A stretch of 63,999 nt of DNA, filler included, from Basidioascus undulatus (GCA_000826855.1; 14 parts of 14 records of this genome joined end to end with filler, not necessarily neighbours in it), one strand, 5' to 3'. Shown: positions 51,336-62,632, counted from the first letter of the whole stretch. The notes: generated from the letters alone by a model not told the origin. Program-made: numbers and translations.

Positions 51336-53928
51336 TGGCAAACAGCTTGTTTGTTACCTGTTTATTTTTCTGAGGATATAAAGACTTGAATAATAAGGAG
51401 TCGAAAAAAACAATACTCAGTTCGTGGCAGGAGCCGCTCGTCCTTCGATCGAGTCTTCGTCTCGAGCCGTTGAGCAACCATCAGAGCCCATCTCCCAAAT
51501 AGACGTACAGCAGGAACAGTCCACTTGAATCCCCCAATCGCATCGATGAAGAACGTCGTCCAACCGAGCCGAGGCATGAGCATCGCTCCGTGGCCGTACT
51601 ACAGAGCGACATTTCCACCGTGCGAGCCGCCCATTTGTCTCGGAACTGGGTTCTGCGTGTCATGCCTCTTTGTGTACGCACGATGCGCAAGAAATTCGGC
51701 CTGATTTATATCAAGACTTGGCAGCAAAGGAATGCGATACGCTGCGGGAAGCGAGGGAGACGGGTAGGCGCGGAGGTGAGCGACGATTTGCAGTAGGTAA
51801 AAGGAAGGGACAGACGGCGTTCAACACTCTGATTCTAGCGCGACTCCCTGCCACCGCCAATGATCAGCCTTGCACAACAGGAACAGCTCTTGAGGCTCTT
51901 GAGCCCGGGCAGATGCGGACGGAAAGGCTGTCGGGTGATTTGATCGATCGGAAGTCCGCGACGGTAGGGCGAGACGCGACTGCTTTTCGGGCGGGGAAGG
52001 GGGACGGGAAGGGTGAGGGAAAGGACGCAGCGAAGTNNNNNNNNNNNNNNNNNNNNNNNNNNNNNNNNNNNNNNNNNNNNTTAATTAATTAANNNNNNNN
52101 NNNNNNNNNNNNNNNNNNNNNNNNNNNNNNNNNNNNAGTGTGGAAAGAGATAGAACGAGATGGAAAGTTCTGGAAGGGTGGCAACAGGGGTGTTGCTGGG
52201 AGGACCTTGGGTGTGATGCAGGGGAGTCCGCTCACAGTCACCTTGGACATCTGGACCCTCAGGCACTTACGCAGCTTGCCAGGGGTGGTCACGTCGTTGG
52301 GCTCGACATCCAGAAGGGGGAGGGGAAGTGTGTATGTGAGGCCTGCATCCACAGGAAGATGCATAAAACTTCCATAACCCATCTCATTCTCGTGTGCATC
52401 GCAGGTGCTTGCACTCATTCACTCGGACCTCCTTGATGTCTTGCAATGCTCTCTCGGTGGCATCCAGTACATCCTCACCTTTGTCAATGACCATAGCCAA
52501 AAGCTCTTTGTCTACCTCCTCAAGGTGAAGTCTGAAGCCTTCGCTCGCTTCAAGGAGTTCCATGCACTCATGGAATGGCAGACTGGCCAGAAGCTCAAAT
52601 CACTCCCCACTGACAATGGTGGCGAATACATCTACAACACCTTCGAAGCCTACCTCACACAGCACAGCATCGTCCACCAAAAGTCAACTCCGTACAACCT
52701 GCAGCAGAACACACATGCTAAGTGTCCCAACTCGACATCGGCAATGGTGTTCACACCATGCTCATCAGCTCCGGATTGCCCTGGGCACTCTGGGGCGAGG
52801 CTGCCTACGCCTATGCCTATGTCAAAAACTGCTAAACACATTCGTCCATCAGTGGCGATGTCCCTGACCGCATCTTCACCGGTTCCGCTCTGCATGTCAC
52901 ACACACCTCCATGTCTTTGGATGCCACACTTTCCACCTCGAGAAGCGTACCTCAAAGAGCATGGGTCACCCTGCATTATGGTCAGCTATGACTCTTTGGC
53001 AAAGGTGTACAGGCTCTATGACCCCATCATGTGCTGCGTCAAGCTCTCATGCAATGTCCGCTTCTTCGAGGATGACATGCCTATGCTTGCAAATGTCCCT
53101 GCTCGAATGCAAGATGATTTTATCATCACCAGCACCCCAGTTACGCACTTTCTTAGTGATATTGGGAGCATTGTTGGTCCAGGCACCCTGCACCATCAGC
53201 TTCGCCCCCCTTGTCAGCTGCACCATTGTCTTCCTCAGTCTCCTCCTCTTTGCCACCCGTGCCATCATCGCCACCCTCATCTGAGACATCAGTGTCATCA
53301 TCACCTGGTCCTTCCTCCTCATATTCCATACCATCAATTATACTCTGCACCTCCTCCCTTGCCTCACACTCCTGCTCGCCCTGCCACCTCAGTTGTCCTG
53401 ACTGCTCCTCATCCACTCCATCGCAATCGACATCATCTCAGATGAGGAGGATCCGGTTGCCACCAGCTACACTATGTCACCATCTTGCCGGAGGCCTTCA
53501 CCAGCATCGCTCACTTGTCCACTCCAGACCTTTTCACACTCCCCAGCCAAGCACCAACAACACTTCAGGAGGTGCTCTCGGGATTGGATGCTCACCATTG
53601 GAGAACTGCCTGCCAGGCCGAGATGGATTCGCTCACCAAGATGCGCACATATGACCTCATCCCACACAGTGCGACACCCAAAGGTTGCAAGGTCCTCACA
53701 CCAAAGTGGGTCTTCATCATCAAGCGCAGTGCTCAGGGCGATATTGTCAAATACAAAGCACACCTCATCATCCGTGGCTTCGCTCAAGTTCCCAGCCTCG
53801 ACTTCAAGGAGATATTCTCACCTGTCCACTGCTTCTCCTCACTCCATATCCTCCTCGCCCTCACTGCCTGCCACGACTGGCATGTTCACCAGCTCGACAC
53901 CAACTCGGCCATCCTCAATGGTGATCTC

Positions 53929-54224
53929 TATCGACATGCACACTTCTTTCCCTTTCACATCTTCCTTCTTTGTTTGACACTTTGCCTTGTCTCCACTCTT
54001 CGCCCTCTGTCCTTTACTTTTCTTTCCCCTTTGATCATGTTGTCCATTTCCCCTGTGCTCACATGGCCCTTTCACCTGTGTTATTCTTTCGCTCCTGCAC
54101 ACAAAACACTCCTCCACTTTGTTGTTCTTGAAGCTATGATAAAAGGGCTACTTCATCATCTCTATTTTCCTCCTCAAATGAACATACACTTGGTCCTCGC
54201 TCAGCAGCTGAGTGCTGTTCGATA
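53929..54224 (+). mobile_element. 296-bp solo LTR inserted in the copia RT, with a 5-bp TSD ATCTC
   Basis: ATCTC at 53924-53928 and 54225-54229; ends TATCGA...TCGATA. Removing it restores NGDLEEEIYMEQPEGF. Homologous to 54952-55156. Confidence 0.9.
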
Positions 54225-54951
54225 ATCTCGAGGAGGAGATTTATATGGAGCAGCCTGAGGGTTTTGTCATCTCTGGCAAGGAGGACCGCATCTGCAGGCT
54301 CCTCAAGGCGCTCTATGGCCTCAGACAGGCTGGCCACCAGTGGTACAAGAAGATCTGGGCCATACTCGCCAAGCTCAGCTTCTCCCAATCTCAGGCTGAT
54401 CCTTGCGTCTTCATCCTCATCTTTGGCTCCCTTGTATGCATCCTCAGCCTCTACATTGATGACAAGGTCATCATCAGCAACGACCTCGACTTTGTGCACC
54501 ACATCAAGGAGATGCTCAAGTGCGAGTATGAGATGAAGGACCTCAGCAAGGCAGAGTACATCCTGGGTGTCCAGATCAAATGTGACTGTGCGCAGGGCAC
54601 GCTCACCCTCTCCCAGTGCCAGTACCTCCTCGATGTCCTCTCCTGCTTCAACATGGTCGACTGCAACCCAGTCTCCATGCCGGTCCGCTTCCAGCCCTCT
54701 GCACCCATGATCATCTACGGCGACAACCAGGCTGCACTCTCCATCACTCAGAACCAGCAGTACCACACTGTGACCAAGCATGTCGCAATCAAGTGGCACT
54801 GGATTCGAGAGGTCATTGAGAATGGCAATGTCCAGGTAGAGTACATCTCCACAAGTGACATGACAGTGGATATTCTCACCAAGGGCCTTGAATGCATCAA
54901 GCACATCCATCACATGGAGTGACTCGGACTACAGCCTTGAGTGAGTGAGGG

Positions 54952-55156
54952 TATCAATATGCACATTCTTTTTCCTTTGAACCAATTCTTCCTTGTACGC
55001 TTAACACACTTAGCCTTGACTCCGCCCTTTACCCTCCATCCACTATTGTTCATACAAGTTAAGGTTGCATGTGACTTCCATCATTGTTCCCTTTGACAGC
55101 TTCTCTGCACAAACACTCCACATTGTTGTTCTTCAAGCCATGATAAAAAGGGCCAC
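54952..55156 (+). repeat. 3' LTR of the copia element (cut by contig end)
   Basis: Follows the purine-rich GAGTGAGTGAGGG, starts TATCAATATGCACA, and shares the CAAACACTCC...TTGTTGTTCTT.AAGC.ATGATAAAA.GGGC.AC block with the solo LTR. Confidence 0.85.
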
Positions 55157-56003
55157 NNNNNNNNNNNNNNNNNNNNNNNNNNNNNNNNNNNNNNNNNNNN
55201 TTAATTAATTAANNNNNNNNNNNNNNNNNNNNNNNNNNNNNNNNNNNNNNNNNNNNGGCAGCGGGCTGGACCGGGCTTGCCTTGGCTGTCGCTCTTGTTC
55301 GTACGCTGATGGTTGGGAGGCATGGCGGTCGGCCCAGAGGGAAATGCCAATAATGATTTACCGTAGACACAGCTGAGGAAGTGTCGCGACTGCGTTGCAA
55401 CTCGCGACGCGTCGTCAGGGGCTGCACTTTCGGAAGACGCACCCCCGCGGTTACGGTTCCCCCCTTTCTCACGCGCTCAAAAGCGCGACCTCTCCAGCGC
55501 CTCCCTCTTTCCTTCGTGCGGCGCCCTCCATATTTTCGAGTTTTCCCAAGTCAAGTTGCGCCTCGGGTTCATGAACCCCCGGGGCGTGTCGCAGGGGGGC
55601 CAGAACGTCCCTTTCGTCCATCTTAGCGCACCTGCCGTCCCCTGCCCGCACTCGTGCGGCTCATGCAGGGGACGGTGTGCCGGTAGGCCGGACATCACTT
55701 GCCTCTCCCTTGTATCTTTGCATCTTGTATTCCGGCCACTTCCATCCATCTTCTGCCAATACTTGTTTTTCGCGTGTCCTGCTTGTTTGTTGCTTGCCTG
55801 CGAGGAAGATGTGATACGTGAGGCGAAGGGAGAAGACGCTCGCAAATCTGCACGTGCTCGCTGCCTCGTTTGCTGCTCGATCAGCATCCGGCCGGCCCGC
55901 CCGCGCGAGGAAGTTTGGGAAGTTCGAAGGTCAACGGAGAAGACGCCTCTTGCTCTGCACACACACGCTCGCTTCTACATCCACTTCTCAGCAAATACCC
56001 ACT

Positions 56004-58231
56004 ATGGTTCGCCGCAGTGAAGTATCGCAGGCCCATGGAGCACGCTGATATTTGGAGCCCTCGTAGGCGACCATCGCGCCCACCGGCGAGGACGCGATCT
56101 ACGCCACCCTGGACGTTACGCCGTCCTCGCTCGGGCAGTCTGGCTCGCTCGAGGAGGTGTACGAGGTGGAAGAGACCGCGCGGGATATCATTGCTGGGAA
56201 CTGGAAGCAGGTCAGTCCACATCTCTTTTCCCAGGCTCACCGAGGTGTGCTGAGAATGAGACGAGGACCGCAGATTGCACTCCAGTTCCCGGACGAGCTC
56301 CTCCACGAGTCGGTGCCGGTGTACCATGCGCTCACGCGGCTGCTGAGGGAGCTGGATGGGAAGGGGAAGCAAGAGCGGAAGGTCTATGTTCTGGCGGATA
56401 CGTCATATGGCAGGTGAGCCCCTCCTTCGCTCGAAAGACGGCGCTGGACGGAGCTCATGCAGGGAGGCGCAGCTGCTGTGTGGACGAGGTCGCCGCGCAG
56501 CATGTGAACGCGGATGTGGTAGTGCACTATGGGCATGCTTGCTTGGAGCCGTGCGTCCTTCCCCTCGCCCATCACCTCAATTCACCCGGCAGGGACCTCA
56601 TCGTCATGCCCTGCAGGACCGCCCGCCTTCCGGTCCTTTACGTCTTCCGCAAGCAACCCCTCGACGTGGCCACGTGCGCTTCGGCACTGAAGCAGGCAGC
56701 GGAGGAGGCTCTGGCCGCGCAGGCGGAAGATGCCGACGCACCGCCCTTGAAGGAGGCCCTGCTCATGTACGATGTCACCTGGGCGTGGAAAGCTCGTGCG
56801 TCCCGTCCCACCTCAACTTGTCTCTGGCTACTTTCCGGAGTCTTGCTTATCCAGTTTCGCTTTATTGGAGCGCAGAGGAAGTTCATGACGCCCTCGCCCC
56901 CCTCCTCCCCGCCTCCCTCTCCCTCCGCCTCGACCCCGTCCCCCCGCGCGTCGCCCAGCCTCTCCTCAACTCTGGCGCTCCCCCACCCGTCATCACCGCC
57001 TCCTCTGCGTCTGGCGACCACGCTCCAGACGGCTCGGCGCTGCCTGATCATCCGCAGCCGCAGCCGCAAATTGCCGAGTCGTGCTGCGGCGGGACGTCGG
57101 AGAAGACGTGCTGCGTTGGCTCGGTGGCGGGAGCGGGGCAGGCCTGCTGTAATGATGGGAGCTCGGCGAAGAGCTGTTGCGGTGGCGATGGCGGCTCGTG
57201 CGCGCCTTCATCGCGCCCCGCGCTCCCGACTATCACGCACTCCCCCGACCCCGCCCTGTCACGGGCGGACCGCTCCACCCTCATCCTCTACGTCGGCCCG
57301 CCCTCCCTGCGACTGACGAACCTCGTCCTCACTCACCACCTTGTCAATGTGCGTCCCTTCCCCCTTCCGCCCTCCCCTTCCCTCCCTTCCGCTCTCCTCA
57401 CACTCAAGCTCCTCTTCCCGCCGACCGACCGCCCGCCCGCCTGCAGATCCAAACCTACAACCCCCACACCTCCTCCCACACCTCCGCAACCTCCTCCGAA
57501 AACCGCCTCCTCCACCGGCGATACGCGCTGATACACCGCGCGCGCGACGCGGACGTGTTCGGCCTCCTGGTCGGAACACTCAGCACGGCATCCTACCTCC
57601 CGCTGCTGAACCACCTGCGCGCGCGCCTCCGCGCGCGGAAGAAGAAGGTGTATACTGTCGCTGTGGGAAAGCTCAACCCGGCGAAGCTGGGCAACTTTGC
57701 GGAGATCGAGTGCTGGTGCTTGGTGGCGTGCGGGGAGAACAGTTTGGTTAACGCGAAGGTGCGTTGGGAGGGAAGGGAGGGATGGGGATGGGATGGGAAG
57801 GCTGATGGGAGAAAGGAGGGAGCAGGACTTCAATGTCCCGGTCGTTACGCCGTACGAGCTCGAGATGGCCCTCGACGAGAGCCGGGCGTGGACGGGCGAG
57901 TACGTCCTCGACTTTGGGCGGCTGCTGCCCCGTTCTTCCGCTTCGGGTCAGTCGCTTCCCCTCCCTTTACTTCCCCGCCGTTTTAATCGCTCATCCCTCC
58001 ACACCTTCCACAGCTGCACCCGCACCTGAAGAGAACGGCGACGCTCAAGAGGGAGGTGGGGACGAAAACGAAGATGAAGATGAGAATGAAGACCGCCCGC
58101 ACTTCTCGCTCGCCACGGGCAAGTACAAGAAATCCCGCAAGTTCGAGGACCCGCGTACAAACAGCGCCGGTCCGTCCCACTCTCCTTTCCCGACGACTTA
58201 CCATCTGCCCAGCTCATTCGGCCTACCCTAC

Positions 58232-58276
<45 letters not shown>
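56004..58276 (+). CDS. DPH2: Diphthamide biosynthesis protein Dph2, 3' partial
   Basis: [97 protein letters not shown] and [10 protein letters not shown]. Confidence 0.95.
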
Positions 58277-59848
58277 NNNNNNNNNNNNNNNNNNNNNNNN
58301 NNNNNNNNNNNNNNNNNNNNTTAATTAATTAANNNNNNNNNNNNNNNNNNNNNNNNNNNNNNNNNNNNNNNNNNNNGGAGCACCGCATCACTCTAACCCC
58401 CCCTGCATTTTCGAAGTGATGCGGGGGGGGGGGGGGGGGGGGGATGTATTGGGTCCATGGCCATCGGCACTGGCCAATGCCACTGGCCATGGCCAGATAC
58501 CTCATTCCCATGTCTCCATGCACCCCAAACAATAGCTCGAAAGTGTTTCTTGTCACGGTGGCTGCAGGGTCGCCATTGCTGGAGTGGCGGTGGGCGAGTG
58601 AAGAGGTGTGATGAGGGCAAGGAGAGCTCAGTCAGGACGCTCCTTTTATCTCCTGGGGCCCAACGTCCGGGACCACAGTCCTTTTGGAATGCTAAGTGAC
58701 TAAGGCAGATCCGGTGACACTTCGCAGCCGGATTCGGGGCACAGTCACCTTCAGGACACACATGGACTCGTTGCCCCTGCAAATGAGCGATCCGTTGCGG
58801 ACAAGTGCGCGGTTGCGCTTCACCCTCCAATCTTCCTTGCCGACCGCCAAGCGTCACCTTCTTTCTCAGAATATCTGGACAGAAGTCATCGGAGTGAAGC
58901 GAGGAAGAGCCAAGAAGAGCTCTTTCGACTGCTCTGGAAGAAAGCGCCCGCATGTGGATGAAGCCGGACTGCCAGCGTGCCAACCGCAGCCCGACTGTGT
59001 ACACTGAGTGGCAGCAAGTCCCGCGAACCTCCCCGTAGCTGTAGAGGGGTGCTGCATTCAGAAAGCCAAGAAGTTATGGGCAGAAATTGTGGGCGCTAAA
59101 CTATGGTCGTTGCCCATCACTGTATGGCTAGACTAACAGCTTAAAGCGGTTTATGGCCGAAGTCGGCGGTGATTAGCGATTAGCTGCCTGCGCAAAGTGG
59201 ACAGAGCCCTGACTCCCTACGACGCTATGGAAGGCGGACGCCGAATCAGTTGTCGATTCTAAAGTTGACGACCCTGGCAAGCCAGCCAACGGGTTTCATA
59301 TCCATTAGGAAATAGACGGTCAATCAGAAAAAGCGACCCACGGCAAGGATCACTTGATAGACATTGCGTTGCAAGACTGCGAGAGGGCCCGGGAAGCAGC
59401 GGAGTACTCTCGCCCTCGCATTCGAATCTCGAATGAAATGCGCACAGGCTCCAACATAGAAAAGACTCCATATCTTCATTGTCCCCTCGGAGTTGCGCCC
59501 ACTCCAAGCCCCAACACGCACACGCAACCCCCCGCGCTCCCTGCGCACGCACACAGCGACGCACACAGCGACGCCCATCCCATTCGAGTCGATGCATCCT
59601 AGCAAGCAAGCAAGCCAAAGCAAAAAATACAAAAAGCAACGTTCTTCACGGCTATCTGTCATGATATCCCCCCTCCCCCTGCCTCTCTCTCGTTCGTTCG
59701 CTCGTTCGTTATCGTACAGTGGCTCAACGCATCATCACTCATCGCAGTGTCAAACCGACAAAAAGGAAAGGGAAAGGGGCTGGGGAGGAGAAGGCGAAAG
59801 GGAAGGGGAGAGAAGAGGCATAGCGTTATACCGACCCGAGTATCCCGC

Positions 59849-61359
59849 TCAGATCTCGGCCCTGTTCCCCAAACCCCAATCAGCGCACAGTCCCAGAATA
59901 GCGGGGAGAAGAGCGACGTACCACTCGTTCCTCTTCTTCTCCACGATCCCTGGCGTCCCCACCTCCTCCACGGGGTCCGCGAAGGGGTCGTCCTCGTCCA
60001 GCAACCCCCCCTCGTCCTCGTCCTCCTGCAGGCGGCCATACGGCGGCGTGGGGGCAGGTGTGCTGCTGGTGGAGGGCTGGTGGTAGGTGTGGGAATGCGC
60101 GGCGCGGTACTCCTCGTCGGACGAGTCGTAGTCCGAGTAGTCGGACAGGGACCCGCCCGCGGCGGTGTACGGCGTGGCGCGGTCGGCGTCGGGGCGGATG
60201 GGCGGGGGGAGGGAGGAGCTGTGCGAGCGTAGAGAATTTCAGAACGAAGGAAGAAGGTCGGGCGGAAAGGGGAATGGGAAGAAGACGGACCTCGGCCCCG
60301 CACCACTCCCAAACTCCAGCTCCGCCAGATCCTCATACACCCCTCCTCCCCCTCCGCCGGCCCCACCCGCGCGGCGCTGGCTCCGCTCGATCTCGATCCG
60401 CTGCCGGTCCTGGAGCTTCTCGAGCTCGCCCTCCGTGGGGCCGAGGTGCGTGGCACCCATCTGCACGCGAAGGGCGTCGACGTCGACTTTCTCCGACCCG
60501 TCTGCGGCGCGCACGCGCGCGGAGGAGAGGTCTTCGTCCTCGGAGTCGAGCGTGGCGGGGCGGGAGAGCTGTGCGGAGAGGGAGGGTGAGAGGAGCAGGG
60601 GGGTAGAGGGAGAGGGAGGAGGGAAGGCACCTTGTCGTAGAGCTGTAGAGCCTCGATGATAGCCTCGTTCGTGGAGAGGAGCATCCCGATGTACTCTTCG
60701 TCTTCCACTCGCTTCCCGCCCCCCGCACCACTATCAAGTTCCGCACACACAGCAGAAGGGAAGGAGGAGAGAGCCCGCACCTGGATATACCGCACGACCT
60801 GCTTCCTCGCCAGCTTGGTCTTCTCCAAGTGCTCCACGACGCGCGCGTTCGTTGTAACGCTCTCGCGCTCGCGGTTCACGAGCTGTGTCCCCCGTGCCCC
60901 ACCCGTTCAGCGTGCGCGCACATAATCCTCCCCCCCAAAACGCGACACGTACCCTCAGCGCATTCGTAAGGTTATTAACGCTCTGCGTCGCACTCGCCAC
61001 AGCATTCATGATGTTCGGCTTTTCCCCCATTCCCCGGTCCCCCCACTCTCAGCCTCTCCCCTCCCCATTTTCCCTTCCTATTCCCGGTCCAACGACGCAC
61101 CTTCTCCTTCTCGAAATCAAACGGCGCCCTTTTCACTTTGGGCTTGAGGGCCTTGTCCTTCGCGGCCAAAGACTTGGCGAACGCCCGGTCCGCCTTCTTC
61201 TGCTTCCGCTGCTCTTCGAGCCGCCGCCGCTCGGCCTCTTTTGCGACGAGCCGCTCGCGAGAGGCAGCTTCGCGACGGGATTGCTCAAGCAGGTAGGCGG
61301 AGCGATCCGCAGACTGCCGGGGCGGGGGAAGGGTCAGATTTGGTTGGCGGGGAAAATAC
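59849..61359 (-). CDS. LSB5: Lsb5-like VHS/GAT adaptor, C-terminal part
   Basis: PFDFEKE/KPNIMNAVASATQSVNNLTNALR/LVNRERE...RKQVVRYIQ/..DEEYIGMLLSTNEAIIEALQLYD, with an acidic tail containing DPFADP. Confidence 0.82.
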
Positions 61360-61459
61360 NNNNNNNNNNNNNNNNNNNNNNNNNNNNNNNNNNNNNNNNN
61401 NNNTTAATTAATTAANNNNNNNNNNNNNNNNNNNNNNNNNNNNNNNNNNNNNNNNNNNN

Positions 61460-62344
61460 GAAGGGGAAGGGGAAGGAGAGGGAAGCCGAGGGGTAGGGCA
61501 GAGGAGGGGAGAAGGACTAAAGGAGGAAGCAAGACCCACCTGGCGCGATCCCAATAAACGCCGCCGCCAGCAGCCCCGCGCGGTCGTCCTTAACCTCACG
61601 CGTAAACAAGTACGTAACATATGCCGTCACCCCCGAAAAGGCAGGCGCAAGGAGCACGCAGATATTGCGGATGTCGACGGGGACGTTGATTGCCCGGAGC
61701 GCAGAGTGGATCAGCCCCGAGGTGAGCATCAGGCCTGGGTAGATCGTGCCCCCTACGACGCGGCCGAGGGGATACCTTCCGGGGTGGGGTGGTGAGTTGA
61801 GGGGAAGGGAGGGAGAGTGGGGAGAAGATGTACCAGGCTGTTGGATCGAACCAGTTCCAGAATTCCTGGAGGGGTGGGGTACGGTTAGAGGGGAAGGAAG
61901 GGGAGGAGGGAAGACGAAGAACGCACCTTGAACCCGTGCGCAACGAGCACCCTCGTTGCCCGGCTGTTTGCACCTCGTCAGCCTCCCACCTTCTCCTTCG
62001 CCATCACCTTCCTCCTCAACCGCAACGCACTAGTTGAACCACGGGTCGAACTGTCCTTCCCCAACTCATCAGCCCCCGCCTTCCCTCTCCCCCTTTGCGC
62101 ATGCTCGGAGCGCACCTCATGAATCACACTGTCCCCCTTCCTTTCTCAGCCTCTTCCCACTCTTCTTTCTCAACCCTAAATAAACCGACCTCTCATGCCG
62201 AATAACGGAAAACAATCGACTGGAAATCGCCGCGCCCGCGACGCCAGCGAGGATGAGGACGCGGAGGAGGCTGCGCGTCTCTTTTGGGAAGCGCGGGGCG
62301 GTGTAGGCGAAGGAGGGTGCTGCTGGCCCGCCTGTGGACGCCAT
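61460..62344 (-). CDS. STT3: Oligosaccharyltransferase catalytic subunit Stt3, N-terminal fragment
   Basis: SSRLFSVIRHE/SVIHE/FDPWFN, EFWNWFDPTAW/YPLGRVVGGTIYPGLM and DIRNICVLLAPAFSG. Confidence 0.97.
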
Positions 62345-62484
62345 GGCTGGGAAGGGAGAAACGGAAGGAGAGGAGGTGGTAATGATGAGGAGAAGGAAGT
62401 CGCGACTGCGGCCCGACGAGCGAGCTGGCGAGGCGGCATCTCGTCGGCAACTCGCTTTTTCCCACGCCCGCCCGACTTGGGTGT

Positions 62485-62495
62485 CTTCCACGTCA
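62485..62495 (-). promoter_or_regulatory. Candidate unfolded-protein-response element (TGACGTGGAAG) in the STT3/PDI bidirectional promoter
   Basis: CTTCCACGTCA on the + strand contains the XBP1/Hac1-family UPRE core TGACGTGG and lies midway between two ER genes. Confidence 0.6.
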
Positions 62496-62632
62496 GCGAC
62501 CGCCTTCTTCTTGGTCTCGTTCCGCTCTCTTCTCTCTTTTCCCCGTTTATTCTCTTCTCATTCACTCACAGTTCTCGACCTCGGACCTCGATAGAAGCCC
62601 GAAGTTCAACCCCTCGATCGATCGAGCCACCC

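Larger units (their letters stand above)
52137..55156 (+). mobile_element. Degenerate Ty1/copia LTR retrotransposon (pre-integrase HHCC, integrase, RT, RNase H, PPT, 3' LTR)
   Basis: HxxLGH...CEAC, LIHSDL, TDNGGEY, KWVF..K...YKAHL..RGFAQ, IYMEQPEGF, LKALYGLRQA, LYIDD, YGDNQAA and DILTKGL in INT-RT-RH order. Has frameshifts and an internal deletion between RT and RNase H. Confidence 0.97.

Noticed and set aside
51538..51555. 18-nt identity to 5.8S rRNA (TCGCATCGATGAAGAACG)
   Set aside because: The flanks are not rDNA-like, there is no D box after the antisense copy, and it probably lies in an exon of a minus-strand hypothetical gene. Treated as chance.
58232..58276. Poly-C tract read as poly-proline in Dph2
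   Set aside because: It follows a GTCCGT donor, so it is intronic, and it sits at a contig end where homopolymer length is unreliable.
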